A stretch of DNA of 63,896 bases, counting the filler, from Licmophora abbreviata (Eukaryota): the NCBI GenBank assembly GCA_900291995.1. It is 9 parts of 9 records of this genome, joined end to end, with 100 filler letters (N's around TTAATTAATTAA, not from the genome) between each part and the next. Parts side by side here need not be neighbours in the genome. Positions count along the whole stretch, not along the records: positions 11,983 to 16,344 come from OLMU01002686.1; positions 16,445 to 21,941 come from OLMU01002688.1; positions 22,042 to 29,554 come from OLMU01002689.1; 6 more parts are not named here. The stretch is one strand, 5' to 3'. Positions 12,570-24,925 of the stretch are shown in pieces. The notes under the pieces were generated by a model, which was given only the letters and a program-made list of their open reading frames with translations, was not told the origin of the DNA and ran no database searches. A program made the position numbers and the translations under genes. Position 1 is the stretch's first letter; every line of letters starts with the position of its first letter.

Positions 12570-13062
12570 TTGAGTGAGGTTTTGACGACGCGAACATTGC
12601 AGAGTGGCGACGTCATAGATGACGTGCTAGCTTACATTTCATCGGGGTGGCTCCTCTTATCCATTTTCAGGAGGAAGTTACATTCTGCCTACATAATAAA
12701 TCCAGTTTATAGAGAAGAGTTACAAGGCAGTCTGCTACATTAGTAATGTGATTACGATACCAGGTAGCGTAGACTTTAGAGAAACGCTGCGAGAGTGTAG
12801 AAGTCCTTCGACCTCATACAGATCGCACCAAAAACACGAATAGAGCTCACTGCACTCACAGTGTCTAACTCGCGCGACCCAACTTATAGCTCCGCGCGTC
12901 GTCGAGAGGAGATGCCGATTTGGATCGTATGTGATGATTGGGCGGCGGCACTGCACTACGCTTCAACGCATTATCATCCATGCAACGCATAGAGCTTTGA
13001 ACTTGGCACAACTGATGTCGTTGTTGGCCGATGCAGCGCAGTGAGTGTAACCTGACTGAAAT

Positions 13063-13565
13063 ATGACAATACTAAATGTGGTATCTACAATCACGACGAT
13101 CCCTGGGTCCGGCAAGATTCTTGTCGGCGATGTGGACATTGGAATGTTGACAGTCGGAGAAGTAAAGCAGCGTGTGGAGGAATCGACAGGTGTATCTGCT
13201 GCTTCGCAGAAGTTATGGTGGCGAGGCTATGTTCTCGACGATAGTTTGCAGCCACTAACCAAGGCCTGTGTCGGTGCGTAACGATATGCTGCGATGCGAC
13301 GCGATGGGATATGCTCGAACTTCATCTTGTAAACTCAAATTCGTGTCGATACATTTCACTCATCACAGGCGTCAACAAGGGAGAGCGGATTGAGACATCT
13401 CTTGAATCGCTAGTGTTGTTCATGACGGTAGATATCGAGCCACAGCTTCGAATGGTGAGAGCGCCATCTTCTCCGTCGTTTCGAAGGATACGCTCACCGT
13501 CTCTGGACCTGGATAAAATACGACAGGAATTTCGAAAGAATGAGAGGGGATGCTCTATCTCGTGA
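13063..13565 (+). CDS. Small ubiquitin-like domain protein, 2 exons
   Basis: TVGEVKQRVEESTGVSAASQKLWWRGYVLDD is a UBL-type motif. Intron ~13277-13368 joins it to VNKGERIETSLESLVLFMTV. Confidence 0.7.
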
Positions 13566-14014
13566 GAAACAATGATCTCAGGGGTGTTCCTAGAGCTGTG
13601 TAACAGTACCAGGTAGGAATAAAAGATCGGAAAATTGTGTAGCATGGACCGCGTATTGTTTTGGCGTTGGGTTTTACCACTCGGCATCAGCGTAGATTGA
13701 ATCCAGTCAGGTTGCCGGTCAAGCTGTTGTATGCGAGTTGTAAGGATTGACCATATACATACCTATTGTGTAGATGGGATGGGTTGGTCGCGTGTTCTAG
13801 ACCACTCACGCAACTCTCATCTCATTCATTCCGGCGTATGATATGGCCGTCATAGCTGCGTCAGTCCATCCTCCGTACAGCTTTCCTTTTTTCTGCTACG
13901 CAACACCGCGCGGCTCGTTTGACAACCATGAGATTCGGACGAACGCCGCGTCGTCAAAGCGTCAACGCGTTCCGTACTCTCTTGTCTGAGCTTCAATCGA
14001 CGTGTCTCGTAATC

Positions 14015-15001
14015 ATGCCTCCCAGAACACATGCCAAGTGTACCCCCAGCCCGTCGAGGACTCTTGCATCCAAAAACGCGAGCATTTCCTCCTCGGAAGT
14101 GATGTACATTTTGCAAGGCTGCAGCGACAACACTCGTCTCGATGGTCGCTCCCTGAAGGAGCTTCGTTCCTATACACTGCTTGGGTCTAGCTCGTGGGAA
14201 GGCGCGCCGTTGGTTGTTTCCAATGGTTCCGCGCGGATTTTATTGCCGGGGGGAGAGACGCATGTCTTGTGCTCCGTCAAGGCAGAACTCGTGCATCCCT
14301 CGCCGGACCGTCCAGATCAAGGGGTCGTAGAATTGCACGTCGACACGCTATGGGGGAAGCGTCAGGACCAGCTTGAAAGTAGTTTGTCGGATTTGCTCTT
14401 GCATCATGTGGTCGACAGGAAGGGGCTCTGTGTTGTTCCACATCATTATGTTTGGCGACTACATATGGATCTGGTGGTGCTGTCGTGTCAAGGTAGTCTT
14501 CTCGATGTCTGCAGTCGTGTCATGCGAGTGGCCCTGCAACAAACCAAACTGCCTCACGTCCTGCCAATCAAGGAGAAAAAGCAAACGAGCGACATGATGG
14601 ATGGTACCAGTGCTAGTAGAAATAACGACCGCGGTGGCGCTCAGATGGATCTGGCGGTGGACGGGGACATGGCCAAGGCGGAAGCGCCCCCGGGAGTTGA
14701 ACAGTGCCCGATACTGGTGACGGTGAGCGTGCTGCAATGCCCTCCACAGGGAAGTCCCGTGCTGGTTGTGGATGCAACGCTTGAGGAGGAGGCGTGTGCA
14801 TCCTGCCAAGTGCGAGTGGCGGTGGAGCCGAGTGGACGAGTGTGTGCTCTTGACAACCAAGGGGCGCTCGGAAGGGCAGATTTATCTGATATTGCAGCGT
14901 GCGCTGTAAATGCAGCAAAGTCCATCTTTGCAGACATCAAAGCAATACAATCGGACGAGACATCAACGACGCTTCTTCAGGGTCATTTCCAAATACGATA
15001 G
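14015..15001 (+). CDS. RRP42: Exosome complex RNase PH subunit, RRP42/EXOSC7-like
   Basis: ISSSE..YI.QG....RLDGR, SNGSAR, VLCSVKAE, LCVVP...VWRL..DLVVL...GSLLD, T.LP and VVDAT.EEE.C motifs. Confidence 0.85.
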   Translation: MPPRTHAKCTPSPSRTLASKNASISSSEVMYILQGCSDNTRLDGRSLKELRSYTLLGSSSWEGAPLVVSNGSARILLPGGETHVLCSVKAELVHPSPDRPDQGVVELHVDTLWGKRQDQLESSLSDLLLHHVVDRKGLCVVPHHYVWRLHMDLVVLSCQGSLLDVCSRVMRVALQQTKLPHVLPIKEKKQTSDMMDGTSASRNNDRGGAQMDLAVDGDMAKAEAPPGVEQCPILVTVSVLQCPPQGSPVLVVDATLEEEACASCQVRVAVEPSGRVCALDNQGALGRADLSDIAACAVNAAKSIFADIKAIQSDETSTTLLQGHFQIR

Positions 15002-15066
15002 AGATCTTATAATTTGTTAGCTAGCTTGCCGTTGTTGAGGTCAACAAACGCGGTGCACACAGTAAT

Positions 15067-16344
15067 TTACTTGTCCGCCGAACCGCCACTGTGTCCCGTA
15101 GAATTGGAAGACGGGAGGGATCGCGGCTTGAGATCCCACCCAGCTCTCATTGATACACGCCCAAACATGAATCGTGCCGGTGATGCCCATCCATACGTCG
15201 ACATGGCTTTCAAAAACGTTGGAAGGTTACGATCGGCTTCACGGTAGGAATGATAAATCATATCAACGCAGTCTCGGGTGCGCAACGGTTCGTCCTCGTC
15301 ATCACGTTGGTGTTCTGCATGATGATTCTTGAGCGATTGCCGCAAAAAGCATAGAGCGAGAGTACTTTTGGTAATATCAACATTCGTGGCGTCTGTATGC
15401 AAGACAATGTGCGAGTGTTCTTCGGGGGATGACTCGCGACCAAGCATTCGATTCCAGCGTGTCCTTTGTCGATTCTTGACGTCCTCTCCGACTATCAACA
15501 AGAACCGCTCGTTCCGAAAGATATCGAGCACACGCTGCAGTTCGTCAGGTGATAGCTTTGCTCGCCCAAGAGACCCAAACGCAGTTCCCCGCCTCGTCAA
15601 GTGCATTGGAGGCAAAAAGATCTTCTCACCGTGTGCCATTTCTTGCGGCGTTGGCAGTGCAACTTTCGCATATTGTTGGTTAGGTGCCGACACGAAGGCA
15701 TTGACCAACTGTACGAGTCGCTCAAAGTTCAAGACACGAAATTCAACTGCGCGGATCTCTTGGTACATGCAAGCAATTTCGATAATTTGCAATGCCACAT
15801 AGACGGCCAAGACCGACTTCACGCTCATGCCGACGGCTTTCGAGAGCGTCACACCACTGGCAATTCCCAGCAAGTCGACAACGGCAATCTGAGCTTCACC
15901 CTTTGCTGTAATATCACCAATATTCTCTCGGGTGCCGTCTCGGAAGGAATTGTAAATGCTATTGCGTGTCGAGGAACTTGTCAACATGCTGACCTGCTTG
16001 CAGCAGTTCGCCAGGGTGGCCCATAGCAAGAAAAGTCCCGGAAAAATGTATGTGACAATCTCGAGTCCATTGCCAACAGCAAATACCAAGGATGATCGAA
16101 AGCGCCATCGCTTGGCATCGGAGTCGAATTTGCGTCCCATCTTGGACGCCCACGCCATGCGTACAATCTTCCCAAGAGCATCTTTCAGCACCCAATTCAG
16201 CGCTGCCGTCAAGCCCAACTTGGACTTGATACCCAGCCCCAACAAGAGTGACTGTGTTCCAAACACGTGAACGTTTGCATTCACGAAACGCTGGAGGATT
16301 CGCCATCGGATGAACCGATAGTACGACGAAGTAACTCCTTCCGG
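15067..16344 (-). CDS. Second RUS (DUF647) family protein, 5' end lost in gap
   Basis: PEGVTSSYYRFIRWR..., AALNWVLKD..G, FDSDAKRWR and ENIGDITAKGEAQ motifs. The frame is open up to the gap at 16345. Confidence 0.9.
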   Translation of the reverse strand, partial: PEGVTSSYYRFIRWRILQRFVNANVHVFGTQSLLLGLGIKSKLGLTAALNWVLKDALGKIVRMAWASKMGRKFDSDAKRWRFRSSLVFAVGNGLEIVTYIFPGLFLLWATLANCCKQVSMLTSSSTRNSIYNSFRDGTRENIGDITAKGEAQIAVVDLLGIASGVTLSKAVGMSVKSVLAVYVALQIIEIACMYQEIRAVEFRVLNFERLVQLVNAFVSAPNQQYAKVALPTPQEMAHGEKIFLPPMHLTRRGTAFGSLGRAKLSPDELQRVLDIFRNERFLLIVGEDVKNRQRTRWNRMLGRESSPEEHSHIVLHTDATNVDITKSTLALCFLRQSLKNHHAEHQRDDEDEPLRTRDCVDMIYHSYREADRNLPTFLKAMSTYGWASPARFMFGRVSMRAGWDLKPRSLPSSNSTGHSGGSADK

Positions 16345-16444
16345 NNNNNNNNNNNNNNNNNNNNNNNNNNNNNNNNNNNNNNNNNNNNTTAATTAATTAA
16401 NNNNNNNNNNNNNNNNNNNNNNNNNNNNNNNNNNNNNNNNNNNN

Positions 16445-19400
16445 AACAGCGCCATAATGGCTTTCTGCCCGTCAACCTCCAGGAGAAGAGATGGATTTTC
16501 TTCGCAAGCCTACAAGGACAAATTTTTGTGCAAAGTGAATTTCCGATGAAGGAACGATGGGTATGGAGAAGAAAATGACACATACCTTCTGAAGCGCAAC
16601 AATAGCTGACAAGTTGCCCTCCGCAGCAATTAAGCTGAGAGCATGCAGACCGCCTACAAACCCTAGAATTTCTAGCGCCTTGTCGTGCTGTGCCATAGCA
16701 CACAGCATGACTACATCTGGAGCCTCCATAATGTCATCGTCCATCTTGACATCGTATTCTTCGAGCTTGGCCCGCTCAAGAAAGCGTGATATGACCATGC
16801 GACTCATTTTCTTGCCGAGATTTTGGGTGATAGCCACCGCTTCGGTTTCTGACATCTGCATCTTTGTCGGACCATCTGACTCAACCGAGCACAGATCCAC
16901 AAGGCAAGCCATGCATCTGCTGGAAGTACGCGATGACGTTGCCTCTGTATCGTCAGCGTCAACCGGTGCAACGTCGTCCTCGGCAAGACATGCTGCAGCC
17001 AAGGCCGCGATGGCACTGCTGCGTACCCCGAAGCGTTCGACTGAATGGCCTAGCAGGCCACTTTGCGCGAGAGATCCCAGAATGGTTGCAGTGAAACGAC
17101 GGACTTCCTCTCCGTCCACAGATTTAGACTCTTCTGATGTGTCCACGATTAGCATATCGAACAAAGACATCATAGCACGCTCTGACTCCACAAAGAGGGG
17201 TAGAATGTCATCTTCGTAAAGTGATATCATCGTTTTTGTCAGATCGTATGCCAATGTAAAAGCAACACGATCCTTCGACAGCGAGAGGCATAGCTGAGGT
17301 ACTTTGAAGCCAATGAGAAGAGCTTTCATGTAGGCATCATCGCCGCCAACGTCAATGCTATCAGAAAAGGGCATGGAGCTCTGTTTATCTAGAAAGCTCT
17401 TCAGTCTTTCCAACAGACGATGTTGGACAAGCGGGCGACGAATCTCTACGAATTCACGCTGCCGGTGCTCATCTGGCGGTGCGAAAGAGTCAGCCTTCTC
17501 AGAAGACAAAACGGAGAGAAAGTGAGCACACATCGCGGCCACTAATCTCCAGCTCTCTCCAGGCTTGTTCTCAGTCTCCGGATCATCTACGAAGATATTA
17601 TTCCAAACTCTCCCAGCTGATGCTGAATCCAAAGCCGCAGCGTAGGTTGCCAGATAGAAGAGGAGCGCGTTGCGGCATCGTGCGTATTGGTCAGACCGGC
17701 ACAGGCTTCCTGAACCAACACCAAAGGAGGACCGTACAGTGGTGGAATCCTATCCCGATCGTCGTTGGACTCTTGCGTACCACATTGTGGTAGCACCATG
17801 CCTGTTTCGAGAAGCAGCGTAGCACACAGCGCACTAATGAATTGAGGTTCGTGAGCCACGAGGTCGATGAGGTCATGCACAGCCGGGGAATGCAACACAG
17901 AGTGAGCCTCAGAGCCACTTTCGATATCAGAAAGAACAAAGTGAAGGATCTCAAGGCCCCAGAAGGCGATATCTGCACGGCTGTCGGTCGGCTTCTTGGG
18001 GTTGCGTGTGGCCGATCTACCAACTGACGCACAGACAGCCCGAAAGACACCACATTCCAGAAGCTGAGCGTAACGTCGGCATTCTTCGTTGCTGGCGAGG
18101 AGATGGAGAATTTCTAGAGCAAGAAGCGGAATGGAATCCCCTCCGCTAGCATCTTTGAGAAGAATTCCAAGCGGCTCCGCCAGTCCTGCCTGAGCAGCCG
18201 ACAAAGCGTGGGAAGGCAGTTGCACAATCTTGAGAACCGCTCGCAAAGCGGCACATCTGGTCTCCTGGCCTTGCGCGCTCGTCGCTCCATACTGAGAGGA
18301 TCCATGCAAGTAGCTAACAATAGAGGGAAGCGCGTCTTGGGATATGGCGCTCCAAAGCGATGCATTATTGCTCAAAGCCTCAAGCGTGCTAATACATTCC
18401 GATTTGAGACTCTCTTGCATTTCAAACAACCCGAGGTCCGCATTTGGATCAACTGGTAAGGTCAACACATTCGTGGCAACTTTAATTGCAGCGCGGACAG
18501 ACTGGAGGCCATCACTCTGCCCCGTGGCGACATGAGGCCCGCAGAATCGGACCAGGGCAAGCGAAACAGAGAATCGGAAAAGATCGCCTCCTACAAAAGA
18601 AATAGCGGGGCGAGGGACGTGGGTAAGTTCCAGTTACGTGCACCATTTCTTGCTAGCGCCAGGGCATAGAACCGTACATACCAGCAAGTGCGTTTCGCAG
18701 CGTGTCACTGATCGGTACCAAGAGACCACTCATTGCTAACTTTGAGTGCTGTTCGAGATTTCCGTGATGTGCGACGGCTAGGACGAGTCGCAAGGAAGCG
18801 TTAACCGCTCCCTCGCCAAAACCACCCACTAGCATCGTCGGAAGTAGCGAGCCTTGCCGTCCGCGAGAAACAAGAATATCACATGCGACTTTGCATGCCT
18901 CTTGGATACGAGTCTTGAAAGGGTCATCTTCCGATGGAGATCTCTAAGAAACAAGCACACAAATCAAGTGGGTTAGCGCGTCACCAGGTGCACCCAACCA
19001 AGTCATGAGACGAAGTAGCGCTATTTACCATGTGAGCAAGGCGTTCATCGCCTGGGGCCGTTGAAGATCCACACATGCTGCCCACGGCAAGCAAGGCCGC
19101 CTCAACCAAATCCATGAGCGCTGAGTGATAGTGTTCACCTTGGATGCCACCCCCCATAAGAGCCTTTCTCGCATAGCTCGAGCTTGTTTGAAGTATAGAA
19201 AGTGCGCCAGTTACAACGCTGTGTGGTGGTTCTCTCGAGTAGGCATCGGCGTCGACGACATCGTACAGTCGGTTCTGGCCCATTCTGGTTGCATCATCTC
19301 TGGCAATGGCAAACATGGCTGCAGCCATTCGACAGCATGCCTCGCGCGCCTTCATCCCACCCGCGGATCTGTCTTGCGACTCCCAGTCCATCTTGCGAAA

Positions 19401-21899
19401 GAGCATGCGGGAAATAGTCGACATGGCACCTGCATCGATCGCTTCCAGCAGCCGGTCAAGTAGGTCCGATTCGGATACATCGCCTCGCGTCCAGATGTTT
19501 GTAAGGATTGTAGCAGCAGTAACTAGCATCCCCAGACACCGCGGAGCCGCATCGCCGCGTAGCGTAGACGGTTTGTTCATGTCCGCTTCACTGGCAACGG
19601 CGAGCATTGACGAAACGGCATTTCGTGACTCCAGCTCTATCACAGCATCCACGGAGCAGACGGTCATTGACGATAACATAATACCAGCTCCCTCGCGTAT
19701 CCGCATGACCGGCGTGTCCCGAGAGGAGACAAGCGACTGGGACGACGACTCGAGTATCGACAATGCCACCGAAACAACGCCCTCCTCGTACAAGACAGAT
19801 ACCGCTTCTCGCAGTTCTCGGATACCATCGCTCGCTCTTGCCATCTCCGCAACAGACATTACGACGGCAGCGAGACACTCCATAGCAGTTTTTCGCAGGT
19901 CCGTTGGACGCGACATGCGACCTCCGTGTGCAGGGTCCCTGACGAGAGACAGTAGAGCGGGGAGACAGCTCCCGACAGCGATGGTAAGTGCAGCCTCTCG
20001 ACAAGCACCGAGTCCCGTATCATCTTGACGACAATCGTAATTCGAGGGAAGTGTGATCGTGCCACGAGGGTCCTCCAACAAAGGTAGGACAAGGGAGGAA
20101 ACAAAATCACACCCCATACTCGCGACCGAATTGTCGGCAGACAGCAACAGCTGTGACAATGACGAGCCACAGCCCCCGGAAGACACAATGGCGCGGATAA
20201 TATCACCATCTTTATCAGGCTCTTTTCCACCCTGACCGGTCATCTCCCGAAGAGTTGAGAGGCTGGCATCAATAGCGCGAGTCGCAACGAGTATCGCGCC
20301 GAGAGCACCCGTTGCATGCGCCCGCGTGTCCGGATCGTCAGCGCCAATCAGACTGCAAAGAATCATTATACCGCCTGTGGACACAAACTGGTCTAGGAAG
20401 GAAGCATATCCAAGAGCAGGCGAATACTCTTCACCAGAAGCCACTGCAGCAGCTACATCGTTGGCTGCCATACAGGTTCGACGCTGATCTTCTGTGACCA
20501 AGTTCCGAATGGTGGCGGCAGCCCAACGCTGGAGCGACGGGTTCTTGGATACTGACGAATGGTCCAGCATGCTTCTTATAGTCCTATCCATATCGAGAGA
20601 GTCAATACCGCCAAACCCAAAGTTATCGCTGCTGGCCGTGGCTTGTAATTGCTGCTGCTTGGGGGTGAGAGTATTCAGAATGGAGGAATCCGTCAAGTAG
20701 AACATAGCCCTCGCAGCCTGTTCCTGAACAAATAGTGTTTTACGACCCGTCCCACTGCGTTCCAGCAGTGTAAGTATATCGTCTATGGTCTGCTTTGCAC
20801 CGTAGAGGAACACCGCATGCGCAAACTCGGAATTCCCTACAATGCTGCCAACTGCCAGGAGCGACGCGAGTGCACGAATCGCACGATCGGATGTCTTTCG
20901 AAGCTTCAAGTGCTTGACAATAGCGGGAACGAGGACATCCGGAGGGATCGTTACTTTCGATTCAAAGCTGCTCGAGTTGTGAAGAAGCGAGTCAAGATCT
21001 GTCGTCAAGGCAGCAAGAGCCGCGGCCACGTTGGATGCTGTGGCGACACGATTCGTCTCGTCATCGTCGTCGTCCTCATTGTTGGATGGTTCGTACAGCG
21101 ACAGTGGTGTAAGGTAGCGCCTCATGGTAAAGAAATTTCCCTTGTCCACATCTTCATTGCAAAAGTCACATATACGAACGGGAGAGTCGAATTCAGGACC
21201 TTCCAAAGGCAGTGACACGCGATGATTGCTACAGGTGTCGCAAAAGACATCTCCGCAAAGTCGACAGTGATGCCGACGCTTGGACAAGGTAAAAATGTCA
21301 TCGCAATGAGGGCACTGCAACCGGAGTGAGTCTGCTACCTTTTGAACTTTAAAGTCCAGGGCAGGGAGTGTATCACTGAAGTCCACGTCCGAGTGAGCGT
21401 GATGCATGTAGGCCGAGTTGTGGTTGTACGAACGAGCCGGCGGTGCACGGGCAGCATCAGCGGCAGGTTTCGAAGTCGACCTCGATGTTGAGGACGATGA
21501 AGACTTGACGGTGGCTTGATTCTGTGACGAGGCCGAGCTCAGGATACGCTGAAACGCATTCGAAGCGGACGTCGAGGTCGTTCGCGATTGATTCGTGTTT
21601 CTACCTCCAGAGCTTGAATCGAGCGCTGTCGGTTTCGTCCAGGTGGTGATTTTGCGGGCATGATCAATGTAAAACTCCTTTCCAGTAGATGGATCGTGCA
21701 TAGTTTCCCAATTGGAGGGTAGTTGTTCGTCATTTTTGGGCATGGGAGGCGGTGTTGGAGGCAAATCGGGCTCCTCAATCCAGCCGGCGGGGGGATCCCA
21801 CTGAGTCTTTCGCGTGATCTTGTTGGCATAAAAGACTCGGCCAGACTTGGAGTCTGTGCTCTTCATCCATCCCTGCGATGCAGCAGGATTGTTCGCCAT
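16445..21899 (-). CDS. Large WW-WW-FYVE-armadillo/HEAT-repeat protein (>1700 aa; 3' end in gap)
   Basis: Two WW domains (GW...GRVFY.N..TRKTQWDPP; LP.NW...GKEFYIDH...TTW.KP), a FYVE domain (RRHHCRLCG...RICDFC) and long helical repeats. Introns 19028-18944, 18681-18591 and ~16586-16510. 1-nt frameshift near 17670. Confidence 0.8.
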
Positions 21900-22320
21900 C
21901 CTTTCCAGGCCTACGTTTATGAGGGAGATAGGAAGTCGGAGNNNNNNNNNNNNNNNNNNNNNNNNNNNNNNNNNNNNNNNNNNNNTTAATTAATTAANNN
22001 NNNNNNNNNNNNNNNNNNNNNNNNNNNNNNNNNNNNNNNNNAGTAAGGCTTATGGTATCGTCGCTACTCTTTTGTGTCTTGTAATCTTGTTTTCTTAACT
22101 CTTCAACGCGATGACTGCTTCCGAAGTGCTTCGAATGCACAGACGGGAAGTCGCGCGAGGCCTGAGCTGTGTGTATTTTGAACGAGCACCATTCTCCCAT
22201 GGCTTCGGTGAGTGAGCGCGTGAGTACCGCTGCGACACAACTTGGACATCACGGTCGTACGACATGCAAACAAACAACGAAGGAAGAGCATGACTTGTCT
22301 CATCGCTATTATACGGCAAC

Positions 22321-23478
22321 CTAGCTAGAATAATCCGACTTTACTTTGTCCAAGCCATTCAGACCATCGCTTGTCATCGACGTCGTATTCATCAGCAGCG
22401 CACTCGTAGCAGTCGTAGTAGGAGTGACATCGGTCGACTCTTCGATATCGCATGGTTCTCCGTCATCGTCGAGTTCACACATTTCTTCGTTCTTTCGCAA
22501 CCACCATGCCCCTCCGACGGATTCCATGTCCAGCCAGAAGAAGAGCATACCGTAGAGTACCCCCAACAGCGTGAAGATCCCGTGAGATAAGAATGCTCGT
22601 TGTCGCGTTTCCAAAAAACTCCCAAAGAGCACTCCAGCAAAGAATCCGCCAAAGACGACTGCATTCTGCAGCACCACGGCCTTGTCCGAATCCGTCAGTT
22701 TCTTTCGTCCACGCCTGCGCGAGAATCGATCGACGAAAACATGCGTCATTCTCGTCATGTGTCCCGTAACAACGAAGGTCAACGTTCCAGCTACTTCGGT
22801 ACCTATCGAATTGATGACTCCAAAGGCCGCCGCCAACAAACTGACCGAAAGCCATCGCAAGCTGATGGTAGTAGTGCAGTAGTTCACCACGTCGCTGAGT
22901 GTAAACAACGCCATGACCGCCACGCCACAGACTCTTACACATTGCTTTCTCAAACTCCAATCCAATCGTCGAAAGGCTGCAAGCCCCAGTATATAGGAGG
23001 CCATGACGCTTAGATAGTATGCTACCGTACTGTACTGTAGCTGAATCGCTGCAGTGGCCATCCACATGGTATTTCCAGTCATCATGGTGGCGAAGGTTTG
23101 GTATCTTCGGAACAAGCAAATGTCAGCCCAGCCCGTCAAGAATGCCATGCCTGCGGATAATCGCTTGTTTCTCTTGGAAGTAGTAGCAGTGGTAGTAGAC
23201 GATATAGCGTTTCCAGTGCTCAGATACAAACGAGATGTAGGCCTCCTTTCCGTAGGAAAAGTAGGAGCGGTGACGAGCAGATCATTGTTCCGTCGACGTG
23301 TCGTCGTCGGCGGCAGTGGTGAAACGCTGGCTGGTCTTGTCGTCGTCTGTAGGACGCCTCTGTTAGCGGACGAAGACAATCCCGGTGGTAGTGTAAAGCC
23401 TAATGTGCATTGGAGAACAATGAGCGATAGAAACAAGCCTACTAGAGGAGAAATGTGTTCCCGCTGGTGCATCACCAT
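22321..23478 (-). CDS. DUF1275/YoaK-family multi-pass membrane protein, probably plastid-targeted
   Basis: AFLTGWAD...FATMMTGN and TFVVTGHMT motifs, several TM helices. Signal peptide ending TLG-FTLP plus a Ser/Thr/Arg-rich transit peptide. Confidence 0.8.
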   Translation of the reverse strand: MVMHQREHISPLVGLFLSLIVLQCTLGFTLPPGLSSSANRGVLQTTTRPASVSPLPPTTTRRRNNDLLVTAPTFPTERRPTSRLYLSTGNAISSTTTATTSKRNKRLSAGMAFLTGWADICLFRRYQTFATMMTGNTMWMATAAIQLQYSTVAYYLSVMASYILGLAAFRRLDWSLRKQCVRVCGVAVMALFTLSDVVNYCTTTISLRWLSVSLLAAAFGVINSIGTEVAGTLTFVVTGHMTRMTHVFVDRFSRRRGRKKLTDSDKAVVLQNAVVFGGFFAGVLFGSFLETRQRAFLSHGIFTLLGVLYGMLFFWLDMESVGGAWWLRKNEEMCELDDDGEPCDIEESTDVTPTTTATSALLMNTTSMTSDGLNGLDKVKSDYSS

Positions 23479-23771
23479 CGTCGTCGTCGTCGTCGTCGGT
23501 TTGGGGTTTGCTTTTTGTGAGTGCGAAACTTTTTGGTTCGGTGGACTGCGCGCGTCGGGCTTGCGCGAAAGGCGGCGACCGATTTGACACATCTTTCTGT
23601 CTCATGCTCTGGATAATACTCTGATGGTTGATGATTTCGACACAGCATGTTGATGTTGTTGTCCCGCTGGTGAAGATGAGTGCCCAGTATCTCGTCGCCT
23701 CCAAGCATATCGTTGTCAAAGACCGAGCGACCAGCGGACGAAGACGGCCTCCTCTCACATCCTTCTGTAGG

Positions 23772-24800
23772 ATGCGGATGCTGCTGATGCTTGTGCTACA
23801 TGCTGCTGTCTCTCTGATATGCTACCATGCCGCGAGTGCGTTTTCGCCACCTTCCATTCCTCGTTCTCGTCCTTATCGAGCATGCAAAAGATCAGAGTCT
23901 TTCCCAGCGGCCCTCTCTGTAGTAAGAGCGCTGCCTCACTTTACACAAGTCATTAGTGACGTCGACGACACACTCAAGAGCAGCGGCGGTGTCAACGTAG
24001 CTGGAGTGGCCCTAGGAGGCATTGATACGCAGTACGATCGAGGCGACTTCTATCCCGGCGTGGCCGAATTCATGTTGGAGCTCAGTCTGCACAACAGTGC
24101 TGGTGCGCCCCCCAAGGTGGCGATACTCACCGCTCGCGCAGAAGAATTCAAACTGGCCTTGGAACTCAAGAAGACTTCCAAACTCGCATGTGCATTTCGA
24201 GAGGCAGGGGAAGGGCGTGGAATTCAAGATTGGGGATTAGGGCCTGTCTTGTACGGAAGTGTTGCCGAGTGGCTCATTCAAAATCGAAAGGGATTGCGCA
24301 AGTTTAGTAACTTTGAACGGCTGATTCAGCAAGATCCGACGGGGACCATAATGGAGGTACATGAAACCTAGGAAAGGAACCATTGTATTAGTGCTGGGTG
24401 CATCCCAACTCACCATTCTTTAAACCTCCCTTCATAGTACATCTATGTCGGTGACACCGGCGAGCTGGATCAGGAAGCGTCCGAGACCATGCTTCGCGAG
24501 TATCCAGAAGTCGTCAAGGCAGCTTTTCTGCATTGCGTGTCCGATCGTCCCAACCCACCGCTCCCACCGCCCAAACTCATCAATGGACGACCCGTTCTCT
24601 TTTTTCGGACCTACGTCGGAGCTGCCACCATGGCGGTGCAACTGGGGCTTATGAGTGAAGAAGGACTACTGCGGGTCGTTGCGGCCGCCAAGAGAAAGTT
24701 GGCCAATGTGCCTCGCGACAGCGACAAGTGGTTGGACGTTGACAGAGATACTCGAGAAGCCTTCCGAACCATTGGGACTAGTGATCTATTGCCAACATGA
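23772..24800 (+). CDS. HAD-fold phosphatase, App1/DUF2183-like, plastid-targeted, 2 exons
   Basis: ASA-FSP presequence, VISDVDDT (DxDxT), FYPGVAEF, ILTAR and YIYVGDTGELD. Intron 24357-24437. Confidence 0.7.
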
Positions 24801-24925
24801 TGGATTGCATGATGGATGAACTTGCTAGCTAGAATCGCTTAGAACTTCTTAATTACCTTCTATGTCGTATCTTTCGTGTTGAGCCTATATAATACCGCCA
24901 TGAGAGTGTTCATGGTTCATGCCAT

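Noticed and set aside
15067..21899. Fusion of the WW-FYVE-ARM protein with the downstream RUS domain
   Set aside because: Both frames run into the same gap of unknown true length with no overlapping flanks, so no fusion can be claimed.
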